This document shows, piece after piece, positions 35,118 to 45,001 of a DNA stretch of 64,000 nucleotides. The stretch is from NCBI GenBank assembly GCA_964600315.1, contig CAZRKS010000001.1, positions 7,078-71,077 on the forward strand, written 5' to 3'. A model generated the notes under the pieces. It had not been told where the DNA came from. It saw only the letters and a program-made list of their open reading frames with translations, and searched no databases. Numbering within the stretch: the stretch's first letter is position 1; every line of letters begins with the position of its first letter. The DNA comes from an uncultured Steroidobacteraceae bacterium. Its GTDB lineage: Bacteria; Pseudomonadota; Gammaproteobacteria; Steroidobacterales; Steroidobacteraceae. The position numbers and the translations under genes were made by a program.

Positions 35118-35966
35118 GTGGAGCACCTCGTGAACCTCCAGAGCCCACCCGTCGTCCTCGTCACCGGCGCTAGCCGCGGCATCGGCGCGGCCACCGCACT
35201 GGCCTTCGCCCGGAGCGGCTGGCGCGTCGCGATCACGGCGCGAACCCAAAGTGAGGGACAGCGGCTGGACCACCAGCTGCGCCGCCCCGACGGCACGGTC
35301 ATGGCGGGCAGCCTGGCGTCCACCGCCGCGGCCGTGAGTGAGGCCGGCGCGGAGGCATTCGCATATCCGATGGATCTCATGGATTCGGGTTCGCTCGACG
35401 CCGCCTTCGATGCGGTGCTCGCGCACTTCGGCCGCATCGACGTGCTGCTGAACAACGCCGTCTACCAGGACAGGGAGTCCAACGCGATGCTCGCCGACCT
35501 GACCGACGCGGCGCTCGAGCGCACGCTGCGGGGCAATGTGATCGCGCCGTTCCACCTGGTACGCCGCGCCCTGCCGGTCATGGTGGCGCAGGGCGGCGGC
35601 CAGATCGTCAACGTCAGCTCGGGCGCCGGCCAGCACGACCCGCCCGTGCCGGCCGACCAGGGCGCCTGGGGCTATGCCTACGGCGCCTCCAAGGCGGCCC
35701 TGGCACGGCTCTCCGGCTGCATCAACGTGGAATATGGCCGCCAGGGCGTACGCGCGTACACGGTCAATCCGGGCCTGGTCAGCACCGAGGCGGTGACGGC
35801 CACGCTCGGCGACGGAGGCGTGCTGGAACAGCGCTATGGCGCGATGACGCCGCAAGCGATCGCCGGCGCCCTCCTCTGGCTCGTCACCGACCCCGAAGCC
35901 GCGACGCTCGCCGCCCGTCCGTCGATGATCGACCTGCAGGACCTGATTCGAGAGGGCCGCGTCTAG
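35118..35966 (+). CDS. short-chain dehydrogenase/reductase
   Basis: VVLVTGASRGIGAATA, NNAV and YGASK motifs. Start is GTG at 35118, or the in-frame GTG at 35130. Confidence 0.8.
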   Translation: MEHLVNLQSPPVVLVTGASRGIGAATALAFARSGWRVAITARTQSEGQRLDHQLRRPDGTVMAGSLASTAAAVSEAGAEAFAYPMDLMDSGSLDAAFDAVLAHFGRIDVLLNNAVYQDRESNAMLADLTDAALERTLRGNVIAPFHLVRRALPVMVAQGGGQIVNVSSGAGQHDPPVPADQGAWGYAYGASKAALARLSGCINVEYGRQGVRAYTVNPGLVSTEAVTATLGDGGVLEQRYGAMTPQAIAGALLWLVTDPEAATLAARPSMIDLQDLIREGRV

Positions 35967-37573
35967 GCGCCGGCCCGCTCCGCCGCCACCTTCTTCGCCC
36001 AGCCGTAGTCGGCCTTGCCGGCGGGCGTGCGCTTGACCTCTTCGACCAGCACGACCGCGCGCGGCACTTTGTAGCCCGCGAGCTTCTCGCGGCAGACCCG
36101 GTCGAAATCGGCGCGGTCGAAGACGGCCCCCGGCAACAGCGCGACCACGGCCACGACCTTCTGGCCCCAGCGCTCGTCGGGCACTCCGACCACCAGCACG
36201 TCGCCGACGGGCGGGTAGCGGCGCACGGCCTCCTCGACCTCCTCCGGGAAGACCTTCTCGCCGCCGGTGTTGATGCACGACGAGCCGCGACCGAGCAGGA
36301 CGTAGGTGCCGTCGTCGTCGATGCGGACGCGGTCGCCGGTGACGACCCAGATGCGGTTGTCGATGCTGACGAAGGTTTCCGCGCTCTTCTTCGCGTCGCC
36401 GTAATAGCCGATCGGTGTGAAACCGGTGCGCGCCAGCGTGCCCTCGGTGCCCGGGGCATCGACGATGCGGCCGTCGTCGCCGATCACGGCGAGGTCCGGG
36501 CGCGGGTCGATCACCATGAAGCCGCCGGAGTGGTCGACGCGGTCGCGGCCGCCGATGACCCCCGATTCCGACGAACCCATGCCGTTGCTCACGATGATGT
36601 TCGGCAGCAGGGCCTTCAGGCGCGCCTGGGCCTGCTGCGAGAACACCGCCCCGCCGTTGCCGAAGGTGATCAGGTACGACAGGTTCCAGCGTCCGGGGTT
36701 CTCCTCGAGCGCACGGATCAGCGGCATGGCCATCGCGTCCCCGACCACCTGCACGATGTTGACGCCGTCGCGCACCACGAGATCCCAGACGTGCTCCGGA
36801 TCGAAGCGCGGCTCGTCGTTCACCACGACCGTGTAGCCGGCGAGCAAGCTGATCAGCGTCGCCCACATCGCCGCGCCATGCATCATCGGCGCGACCGGGA
36901 AGAAGGACAGCGGCGGACCGTGCGGGACGAACTCCTCCAGTTCCTCCGGACGCTGGATCGGCGGGCGGCGGAAGAAGATGCCGCCGCCCCCGAGCGCCGC
37001 CATGAAGATCGACTTGTGCGGCCACATCACGCCTTTCGGCATGCCCGTCGTGCCGCCCGTGCACAGCATGTAGATGTCGTTGTCCGACCGGTCCGGGTCG
37101 TCGAGCTGCGGCTCGCCGGAGGCGATCACGGCGGCAAAGTCCTCGCGGCCGGCCGGCGGGACGCCGTCGCCGACGCGCAGCAGCGTCTGGAGCGTCGGCA
37201 CGCGCGGGACCGTCGCGGCCACCTCGGCTTCGAAGTCGGATCCGTACACCAGCGCCTTGAGATCCAGCATGCCGAACAGGTAGGCGAGTTCCTCGCTGAC
37301 GTAGCGGTAGTTCACGTTGACCGGCACGGCGCCGATCTTGCAGCAGCCGAAGAACGTCTCGAGGTACTCGACCGAGTTGTAGAGCTGGATGCCGACGTGG
37401 TCACCGCGCCGCAACCCGCGCGCGCGCAGCGCCGTGCCGAGCCGGTTGGCGCGCTCGTCGAGTTCGCGGTACGTCAGTGCATGGTCGCCGCAGCGGAACG
37501 CGATGCGGTCCGGCACGCAGCCGGCCACGATCTCGAACAGGTCGGCGAGATTGTAGGTTCGCGAACGGCTCAT
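35963..37573 (-). CDS. acyl-CoA synthetase (AMP-forming, ANL superfamily)
   Basis: Trimmed to ATG 37573, with GGGAGA upstream (MSRSRTYNLADLFEIVAG). Motifs MLCTGGTTGMPKGV and TGDRVRIDDDG, with C-terminal PAGKADY. 536 aa. Confidence 0.85.
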   Translation of the reverse strand: MSRSRTYNLADLFEIVAGCVPDRIAFRCGDHALTYRELDERANRLGTALRARGLRRGDHVGIQLYNSVEYLETFFGCCKIGAVPVNVNYRYVSEELAYLFGMLDLKALVYGSDFEAEVAATVPRVPTLQTLLRVGDGVPPAGREDFAAVIASGEPQLDDPDRSDNDIYMLCTGGTTGMPKGVMWPHKSIFMAALGGGGIFFRRPPIQRPEELEEFVPHGPPLSFFPVAPMMHGAAMWATLISLLAGYTVVVNDEPRFDPEHVWDLVVRDGVNIVQVVGDAMAMPLIRALEENPGRWNLSYLITFGNGGAVFSQQAQARLKALLPNIIVSNGMGSSESGVIGGRDRVDHSGGFMVIDPRPDLAVIGDDGRIVDAPGTEGTLARTGFTPIGYYGDAKKSAETFVSIDNRIWVVTGDRVRIDDDGTYVLLGRGSSCINTGGEKVFPEEVEEAVRRYPPVGDVLVVGVPDERWGQKVVAVVALLPGAVFDRADFDRVCREKLAGYKVPRAVVLVEEVKRTPAGKADYGWAKKVAAERAGA

Positions 37574-37675
37574 CGTCGGGTCTCCCTGAATTTCACTCCC
37601 GGCCGGGACGCGCCGCGCGCAGGCCACGCCAAGGGTTCGTGGCCTCGGATGTTCTGCCCCCTCCTGCCCTCCCCT

Positions 37676-37687
37676 CATCGTCCAAAC
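37676..37687. promoter_or_regulatory. isolated half-site CATCGTCC-AAAC
   Basis: Perfect left arm plus AAAC spacer, but no recognisable right arm. Lies in the divergent region between the acyl-CoA synthetase (37573) and the FAR (37842). Confidence 0.2.
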
Positions 37688-37841
37688 AGGGTAGCGGAGG
37701 GCGTCGGCCGGCGTGTCCCGCACCGCAGCACGACCGGGCCGACGGGCGCCTGCGGCTAGTCCGGTTGAGTGATTTGTCCGTCGACGGGGGAAACTAATGT
37801 GCGTTACTCGAAGATCCAAGCGACAGGCAGGGGAGACAATC

Positions 37842-39833
37842 GTGCAGTACTTCGTCACCGGCGGAACCGGATTCATCGGTCGTTTCCTGATCGGCAAGCT
37901 GCTCGAGCGCGGCGGCACCGTGCACGTGCTCGTCCGGGCCGGCTCCGGGCAACGCTTCGAGCAGTTGCAGGCGCGCTATCCGTCGGCAGGCGACCGCCTG
38001 CAGGCCGTGACCGGCGACCTGGCGCGGCCACGCCTCGGCCTCGCGGACCCCGACGTCGAGCGCCTGCGCGGGCAGATCGGCCACTTCTTCCACGTCGGCG
38101 CGATCTACGACATGAACGCCGACGCCGCGCGCCAGCAGGCGGCCAACGTCGACGGCACACGCCACGCCGTGCAGTGTGCCGAGGCCCTCGAGGCGCGTTG
38201 CTTCCAGCACGTCAGCTCCGTCGCCGTGGCAGGCCTGTACGACGGCAGCTTCAGCGAGGACATGTTCGAGGAGGCAGGCGAACTGCCGCATCCCTACTTC
38301 CAGACCAAGCACGACTCGGAGGCCGTGGTGCGCCGGGAGTGCAGGCTGCCCTGGCGCATCTACCGCCCGGCATCGGTGGTGGGACATTCCGAAACCGGCG
38401 AGATCGACAAGATCGACGGCCCCTACTACTCGTTCAAGCTGCTGCAGAAGATCCGGCGGCTGCTGCCGCCATGGTTCCCGCTGATCGGCATCGATTCCGG
38501 CAAGTTCAACATCGTGCCCGTGGACTACGTCGCGGCGGCGATGGACTGGCTCGCACACCAGGACGGCCTCGACGGCGAGTGCTTCCATCTCGTCAACCCC
38601 GAGCACTACAGCAGCGGCGAGATGCTCAACATCTTCGCGGACGCCGCGCACGCCCCGCGTTTCGCGCTCCGGCTCGACAGCAAGGTGTTCTCGTTCATGC
38701 CGTCGGGACTCGCCGCCACGCTCGGCAAGCTGCCGCCCGTCAAGCGCCTGATGTCGTCGCTGCTGGCCGGGGCCGGCCTGCCGTCGGGCGCGGCGGCGCT
38801 GTTCAACTGGAACACCCGCTTCGAAAGCCGCATGACCCGCAAGGCGCTCAAGGGCAGCGGCATCGAGGTACCGAAGCTCGACAGCTACGCCCACCGGCTC
38901 TGGGATTACTGGGAACGCAACCTCGACCCGGACCTGTTCATCGACCACTCGCTCGAAGGCAACGTGCGCGGCAAGGTCGTCATCGTCACCGGCGGCGGCT
39001 CCGGCATCGGCCTGGCCGCGGCCCGCCGCCTGGCCGGCGCCGGGGCGATCCTCGTGATCGCCGGGCGCACGCTCGACAAGCTCGAGGAAGCGAAGCAGTC
39101 GATCGAGGCCGCCGGCGGCATCTGCCACCTCTATCAGGTCGACCTGGCCGACCTTGCCGCGGCCGACCGCTTCATCGACCAGGTGCTCGCCGACCATGGC
39201 CGCGTCGACGTCCTGATCAACAATGCCGGCCGCTCGATCCGCCGCGCGGTGGAGCATTCCTACGACCGCTTCCACGACTACGAGCGCACCATCCAGATCA
39301 ACTACTTCGCGCCGCTGCGGCTCGCGCTGCGCGTGCTGCCCGGCATGAGCGAGCGACGCTCGGGCCACGTCATCAACGTCTCGTCCATGGGCGTGCTCGG
39401 CCCGCCGGCGCGCTTCTCCGCGTACATCGCGTCGAAGTCCGCGCTCGAGGGCTGGACGCGCTGCGCCGAGGTCGAGTACGCGAACCGCAACGTGCACTTC
39501 ACGAACATCAACATGCCGCTGGTGCGCACGCCGATGATCAGCCCGACCAAGGTGTACGAGTACGCGCCGACGCTCACCCCCGAGGAGGCGACCGAGCTGG
39601 TGGTCGACGCCGTGATCAACCGGCCGAGCCGCGTCGCGACCGACATGGGCCGCTTCATGCAGATCTGGAACCTCCTCTCGCCCAAGTCCTATGCGAACTC
39701 CATGAACGGCATCTTCCGCATGTTCGACGAGACGCTGGCGGCGCCGGCCGCCAGGGGCGCGCCGGCCCTGCCTGCGGAGCCCACCAGCGAGCAGGTCGCG
39801 ATCGCCTCGCTGATGAAGGGGGTCCATTACTGA
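37842..39833 (+). CDS. two-domain fatty acyl-CoA reductase (N-terminal thioester-reductase-type domain plus C-terminal SDR)
   Basis: Trimmed to GTG 37842, 5 nt after GGGGAGA. N-domain FVTGGTGFIG...YFQTK. C-domain VTGGGSGIG...NNAG...YIASK. The architecture matches what I recall for Marinobacter-type FAR enzymes. Confidence 0.8.
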   Translation: MQYFVTGGTGFIGRFLIGKLLERGGTVHVLVRAGSGQRFEQLQARYPSAGDRLQAVTGDLARPRLGLADPDVERLRGQIGHFFHVGAIYDMNADAARQQAANVDGTRHAVQCAEALEARCFQHVSSVAVAGLYDGSFSEDMFEEAGELPHPYFQTKHDSEAVVRRECRLPWRIYRPASVVGHSETGEIDKIDGPYYSFKLLQKIRRLLPPWFPLIGIDSGKFNIVPVDYVAAAMDWLAHQDGLDGECFHLVNPEHYSSGEMLNIFADAAHAPRFALRLDSKVFSFMPSGLAATLGKLPPVKRLMSSLLAGAGLPSGAAALFNWNTRFESRMTRKALKGSGIEVPKLDSYAHRLWDYWERNLDPDLFIDHSLEGNVRGKVVIVTGGGSGIGLAAARRLAGAGAILVIAGRTLDKLEEAKQSIEAAGGICHLYQVDLADLAAADRFIDQVLADHGRVDVLINNAGRSIRRAVEHSYDRFHDYERTIQINYFAPLRLALRVLPGMSERRSGHVINVSSMGVLGPPARFSAYIASKSALEGWTRCAEVEYANRNVHFTNINMPLVRTPMISPTKVYEYAPTLTPEEATELVVDAVINRPSRVATDMGRFMQIWNLLSPKSYANSMNGIFRMFDETLAAPAARGAPALPAEPTSEQVAIASLMKGVHY

Positions 39834-41140
39834 TGGCCGCCGCGCTGCAACTGCTGCGCTCGCTGCTCGCGGGCGTCGTCCTGGCGCTCACCGCCGGCGG
39901 CGCGGCCGGCCAGGCACTGCCGGTTCCCGCGGCGGCTCCGGCGATCGATCCTGCACGGCTGATGCAGGGCTTTCCGCCGCCGCCGGAGTACCGCGTCTAC
40001 ATCGGCAACTGGCAGCGCTGGCCGCAGAAGATCTGGTCGTTCCAGCACACGCGTGAGCTGTTCCCGACGCGCCGGCTGCAGCCCGTGGGTCCGGTGTGGA
40101 AGTTGCCTGCAGCGCGCCGGTCGCTCGACCAGCTGCAGGTCGGGACCGCGGAAGCGCCGCAGACCTGGCCGCAGATGCTCGAAGCCTCGCACACGGATGC
40201 CGTGCTCGTGCTCCACAAGGGGCGCATCGTGGAGGAGCGGTACTTGAACGGCATGCGGCCCGAGACGCCGCACCTGATGTTCTCGGCCACCAAGTCCATG
40301 GTGGGGCTGATGGCCGCAGTGCTGGTCGCCGAGGGCAAGCTCGACCCCGCGGCGCGCGTAGGCACGCTGATTCCAGAACTCGCGGCGAGCGCCTGGGGTG
40401 AGGCGACGGTCCGCCAGGTGCTGGACATGACCGACGCGGTGCGCTTCACCGAGGTCTACACGGACCCGAAGTCGGACATCTTCGCCTACGTCGGCGCGAT
40501 GGGCTGGGCACCCGAACTCAGGAATCCCGCCAACCCGACCGGCATCCGCGACATGCTGGCGACCCTCACCACGCAGACCGGCGAGCCGCGCGGGACGGCG
40601 TTTCACTATCACTCGCCGGCCACGGATGTGGCCTGCTGGCTCGCATCGCGTGCGGCCGGTCAGTCGCTCACCGATTGGCTGCAGCAGCGTCTCTGGAGCC
40701 AGCTCGGCATGGAGTTCGACGGCAACATCATGCTCGACCCGGTCGGTACCGAGGTCGCATTCGCCGGGATGAGCGCCAGCCTGCGCGACCTCGGCCGTCT
40801 CGGCCAGATGCTGCTGCAGCACGGCCGGGTCCACGGCCGGCAGTTCATCCCGGCGAGCGTCGTCGACGAACTGATCCGCGGCGGCGACGTGCGTGCCTTC
40901 GAATCCTCGGGCATGCCGTTCCGGGCCGGCTGGTCGTACCGGTCGCAGTGGTGGGTCAACCCCAACCCGCCGCGGTCCTTTGCGGCGATGGGTGCGTTCG
41001 GTCAGCGGCTGTACGTCTTCCCGGACGCGGACATGGTGGTCGTGATGTTCGGCAGCCACCCCGAGCCGATCGCGGCGCTGATCGACCCGCAGCAACGGCG
41101 CGCGTTCGCGGCCTTGATCGACGCGCTCGGCGAGCGCTGA
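39833..41140 (+). CDS. exported beta-lactamase/esterase-family serine hydrolase
   Basis: ATG overlaps the FAR stop (TGATG). Signal-peptide-like MAAALQLLRSLLAGVVLALTAGGAAGQA. SxxK motif in FSATKSMVG. 435 aa. Confidence 0.8.
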   Translation: MAAALQLLRSLLAGVVLALTAGGAAGQALPVPAAAPAIDPARLMQGFPPPPEYRVYIGNWQRWPQKIWSFQHTRELFPTRRLQPVGPVWKLPAARRSLDQLQVGTAEAPQTWPQMLEASHTDAVLVLHKGRIVEERYLNGMRPETPHLMFSATKSMVGLMAAVLVAEGKLDPAARVGTLIPELAASAWGEATVRQVLDMTDAVRFTEVYTDPKSDIFAYVGAMGWAPELRNPANPTGIRDMLATLTTQTGEPRGTAFHYHSPATDVACWLASRAAGQSLTDWLQQRLWSQLGMEFDGNIMLDPVGTEVAFAGMSASLRDLGRLGQMLLQHGRVHGRQFIPASVVDELIRGGDVRAFESSGMPFRAGWSYRSQWWVNPNPPRSFAAMGAFGQRLYVFPDADMVVVMFGSHPEPIAALIDPQQRRAFAALIDALGER

Positions 41141-41220
41141 TCGAGCGCTCGGCGCGCCTGAGCCGAGGGCCGCCCGAGCGGCCTGGACGTTTCAGTGATT
41201 CGACAGTGGAGGAACAGCTC

Positions 41221-42759
41221 GTGCCCCTGCACCGATTCTTCGCAGCTGCGGTGATGGCCGCCGCGATGGCACCTGTCGCCGCGTCGCACGCCGCGCCGGC
41301 GGCGCAGCGCCCGAACATCCTCGTGATCATGTCCGACGACGTCGGCCACACCAACGTGGGCCTCTACAGCCACGGCATGATGGTGCCCACGCCGAACATC
41401 GACCGCATCGGTCGCGAAGGCCTGCTGTTCACCGACCATTACGCGGAGCCGAGCTGCACGCCGGGCCGCGCGGCGTTCGTCACGGGCCAGATGCCGATCC
41501 GGACCGGCCTGACGACGGTGGGCCTGCCGGGCTCGACCATCGGCCTCGACTCGCGCGACCCCACGCTCGCGGAGGTCCTGAAACCCCTCGGCTACCGCAC
41601 CGGACAGTTCGGCAAGAACCACCTCGGCGACCGCAACAGCCATCTGCCGACGGTGCACGGCTTCGACGTCTTCTACGGCAACCTCTACCACCTCAACACC
41701 GAGGAGGAGCCCGAGCTCGCGATGTGGCCGAAGGACGCGGGCTTCGACCAGCGCTACCGTCCGCGCGGCGTGCTCGACTGCGTGGCCACCGACGTGGACG
41801 ACCCGACAGAGGACGCGCGCTTCGGCCGCGTGGGCCGGCAGCGCTGCAAGGACACCGGGCCGCTCACGGCGAAGCGCATGGAGACGATCGACGACGACCT
41901 CGAGGCTCGCACCGAGAAATTCATCACGGAGTCCGTCCGTGCGAAGCAGCCCTTCTTCGTATGGTTCAACTCGACGCGCATGCACATCTACACGCACCTG
42001 AAGCCCGAGTCGCGCCACCTCGCCGATTCGATCTCCTCGGAGTTCGACACCTTCGGCAGCGGCATGATGGAGCACGACGGGCATGTCGGCCGCCTGCTCG
42101 CGCTGCTCGACCAACTGCAGATCGCCGACGACACCATCGTGATCTACACCAGCGACAACGGGCCGATGAGCGCGTGGTGGCCGGATGGCGGCACCGGGCC
42201 GTTCCGCGGACAGAAGGCCACGACCTGGGAAGGCGGAGTGCGCGTGCCGATGCTGCTGCGCTGGCCCGGACACGTGCCGGCCGGCAGCGTGTCGAACGGC
42301 ATCCAGACACATTACGACCTGTTCACGACGCTGGCGTCCGCCGCAGGCGCGCCCGGCATCGCGGACCGGCTGCGCGAATCGAACAAGGTGCACATCGACG
42401 GCGTCGACAACCTGCAGCACTGGCTCGGCAAGTCGCCGTCGCAGCGCAACTCGCTGATCTACTACAACGAAAGCGAGATCACGGCGGTACGCATCGGGCC
42501 CTGGAAGTCGCATATCAAGACGCGCGAAGGTTTCTTCGACTTCCTGCAGCCGAGCACGCTCGTGTTCAACCTGCGCATGGACCCGTTCGAGCAGCACGGT
42601 GGCCAGAAGTCGAACGACCTCGCCATGCGCATGGGCGTGGCGTTCGGCGGCCAGGTGTACGACCTGATGGGCGCGCACCTGGCCTCACTCAAGCAGTTTC
42701 CCCCGCGACAGAAAGGCGGCAGCCTGATGGTCAAGACGAAACAGGACGCGGCGCAGTGA
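41221..42759 (+). CDS. exported formylglycine-type (aryl)sulfatase
   Basis: Trimmed to GTG 41221, with GGAGGAA upstream. Signal peptide, then ILVIMSDDVG, the CxPxR motif (SCTPGRAAFVTGQ) and GKNHLGD. 512 aa. Confidence 0.85.
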   Translation: MPLHRFFAAAVMAAAMAPVAASHAAPAAQRPNILVIMSDDVGHTNVGLYSHGMMVPTPNIDRIGREGLLFTDHYAEPSCTPGRAAFVTGQMPIRTGLTTVGLPGSTIGLDSRDPTLAEVLKPLGYRTGQFGKNHLGDRNSHLPTVHGFDVFYGNLYHLNTEEEPELAMWPKDAGFDQRYRPRGVLDCVATDVDDPTEDARFGRVGRQRCKDTGPLTAKRMETIDDDLEARTEKFITESVRAKQPFFVWFNSTRMHIYTHLKPESRHLADSISSEFDTFGSGMMEHDGHVGRLLALLDQLQIADDTIVIYTSDNGPMSAWWPDGGTGPFRGQKATTWEGGVRVPMLLRWPGHVPAGSVSNGIQTHYDLFTTLASAAGAPGIADRLRESNKVHIDGVDNLQHWLGKSPSQRNSLIYYNESEITAVRIGPWKSHIKTREGFFDFLQPSTLVFNLRMDPFEQHGGQKSNDLAMRMGVAFGGQVYDLMGAHLASLKQFPPRQKGGSLMVKTKQDAAQ

Positions 42760-43550
42760 GCGACCGCCTGCAGGGTCGCAGCGCCGTCGTCACCGGCGGC
42801 GCGCTCGGCATCGGGCGCGGCATCGCGCGCGCCTTCGCCCGCGAAGGGGCTTCCGTGCTGGTGTCCGACGTCAACGAGGAAGCCGGCCTCGCGACGGTGC
42901 GGCAGCTGCGCGACGAATTCGGCGCGCGCGCGGAGTTCACGCGCACCGACGTCAGCGTCAAGGCCGACGTGCTGGCCATGGTGGCGACGGCGCGCGAGCA
43001 TTTCGGGACGGTCGACATCCTGGTCAACAATGCCTGGGCCGGCAGCGGCCTGAAGCGGGTCGAGCACAAGAGCGACGAGGACTTCGAGCGGTCGCTGCGC
43101 ATCGGCCTGATGGCGGCGCTGTGGTCGATGCAGGCGGTCTTCCCGCTCATGCGCGAGCGCCGGCAGGGCCGCATCATCAACCTCGCCTCGCTCAACGGCG
43201 TGAACGCGCACGTAGGCACCGTCGACTACAACGCCGCCAAGGAAGCGCTGCGCGCGCTCACCCGGACGGCGGCGCGCGAGTGGGCTCCGCACCAGATCTG
43301 CTGCAACGTCATTTGCCCGGGCGCACGAACCGAGGCGTTCGACCGCTTCGCCGCACACAGCCCCGAGAATGCACGCGCCATCACGGCTGCCAATCCGATG
43401 GGCCGCTTGGGCGACCCGGAGGGCGACATCGGGCCGGTGGCGGTATTCCTCGCGAGCGACGACTGCCGCTACCTGACCGGCAACACGCTGTTCGTCGACG
43501 GCGGCAGCCACATCAACGGGGTGGCCTGGGCACCGCAGCTCCCGGACTGA
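42756..43550 (+). CDS. short-chain dehydrogenase/reductase
   Basis: GTG 42756 overlaps the sulfatase stop (GTGA). SAVVTGGALGIGRGIA, NNAW and YNAAK motifs. 264 aa. Confidence 0.85.
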   Translation: MSDRLQGRSAVVTGGALGIGRGIARAFAREGASVLVSDVNEEAGLATVRQLRDEFGARAEFTRTDVSVKADVLAMVATAREHFGTVDILVNNAWAGSGLKRVEHKSDEDFERSLRIGLMAALWSMQAVFPLMRERRQGRIINLASLNGVNAHVGTVDYNAAKEALRALTRTAAREWAPHQICCNVICPGARTEAFDRFAAHSPENARAITAANPMGRLGDPEGDIGPVAVFLASDDCRYLTGNTLFVDGGSHINGVAWAPQLPD

Positions 43551-43564
43551 CCGGCGTCGCGGCG

Positions 43565-45001
43565 TCAGTTGGCCGGCACCAACCGTGGCAGCGGAGCGGC
43601 ACCACGGCGCATGGCCTCGGACGGCAGGTAGATGCGCAGCACCAGGGCATAGGCTCCGGCCGGCGCCGGCAGCCAGTGGCTCGTGTCGGACGGCGCCTCG
43701 TGCTGCAGCAGCAGTTCCAGTGAGCCGTCGGCCTGGCGCTGCAGGCCCGGCGTGCGATCGCCGACCGCGTAACGACCGATCGGGTTGTCGATGAAGAACA
43801 GGCGGCCGTCGCCACTCTTCTCGTACATCGACAGCGACCAGAAAGCCTGCGTCTCGATGGGTGGCACGACGAGCTTCCAGCGCTGCGTCCCGCTGAGCGG
43901 CGCGCCGTCCGGATCCGTTTCGCGCGTCAGGTAGAGCGCCTCGATCGGCGGCAACGCACCCAATCCGCCGAGCGCCACGGCAGCGCGCAATGGCTCGTCC
44001 CCCTGGTAGTCGCCCAGTTTCGGCGACGGCATCGACCAACCTTCCACCGTGCGGGCGCCGTATTGCAGGCCGATCTCGAGGTTTTCGTGCAAGACCGGCA
44101 GGCGTCGCTGCCACGCGGCCTGCACCTCCGGGCTCGTGCGCAGGTACGCATCGGGCCCTGCGCCGATGCCGAGATCGCTCCAGCCCCGGTAGCGCGCCCG
44201 CTCGGCCGCCGGCAGCGGGTTGCGCGACAGGAACTCGTTGACCACCGCAAGAAAATTCGCGGGATCGGTCGACGTGGTCACCGTCACCCACTGCGGCAGC
44301 AACGGCGCCTCGGCGGCCACCTGGCTGAGGCGAATGCCGTCCTGCAGGCGGTGAACGGCCGGCGCATCGGCGGGGCCGTCGACCAGGAACCGACCGATGA
44401 GCTGCGCATCGCTGGTGGGCGAGCGGATCACCCGGCCCGCCGGCACCGGGCCCGTCCAGTCCGGCCCCACGACCACCACGTCCACGGGGCCGCTGCCGTC
44501 CATGCGCCGGCCGAGGATCGCGAAGTCGTTCGTCCAGGCGTCGAGCAGCGCGACCGACCAGTAGCGATCGCCGTCGACCCGGGGCACGTGGATGCGCACC
44601 GGCGTGGCATGCAGGTCGAGCCACGTGCCGGAATAGAGCGTGTCGTTGTTTGGTGTCGTGACCTGCCGGGCGGTGTGGTCGGCCAGCGTGCGTCGGTGGA
44701 CGGGAGTGCCGTTCGGCGGGCGCGGCGACGGATTGCGCGGGTTGGCGATCGTGTTGAATCGCATGCGCGCCATTTCGTACAACGGAAACGTCGCGATGAA
44801 GGCCTCGTCCACGCGGCGCTCGAGCTCGCTCGCCGGCCGCGACGGTACCAGGGAATCGGCCGACGCGGGCAGTGCTGCCGCCGGGCCGGGCCACGCCGCA
44901 ATCGCGACGACCGCGACCGCGAGCAGCGCACGCAGTCCGTGCACTCCGCGCACTCCGCGCGCTCCTGGACCGACGACGAAGTTGGGCGATGGCACGTTCA
45001 T
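43565..45001 (-). CDS. DUF1254/DUF1214 two-domain protein, exported
   Basis: 478 aa. Hydrophobic N-terminal leader, DUF1254-like PNNDTLYSGTWLDL and DUF1214-like AFWSLSMYE. ATGA overlap with the upstream paralog. Confidence 0.75.
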   Translation of the reverse strand: MNVPSPNFVVGPGARGVRGVHGLRALLAVAVVAIAAWPGPAAALPASADSLVPSRPASELERRVDEAFIATFPLYEMARMRFNTIANPRNPSPRPPNGTPVHRRTLADHTARQVTTPNNDTLYSGTWLDLHATPVRIHVPRVDGDRYWSVALLDAWTNDFAILGRRMDGSGPVDVVVVGPDWTGPVPAGRVIRSPTSDAQLIGRFLVDGPADAPAVHRLQDGIRLSQVAAEAPLLPQWVTVTTSTDPANFLAVVNEFLSRNPLPAAERARYRGWSDLGIGAGPDAYLRTSPEVQAAWQRRLPVLHENLEIGLQYGARTVEGWSMPSPKLGDYQGDEPLRAAVALGGLGALPPIEALYLTRETDPDGAPLSGTQRWKLVVPPIETQAFWSLSMYEKSGDGRLFFIDNPIGRYAVGDRTPGLQRQADGSLELLLQHEAPSDTSHWLPAPAGAYALVLRIYLPSEAMRRGAAPLPRLVPAN

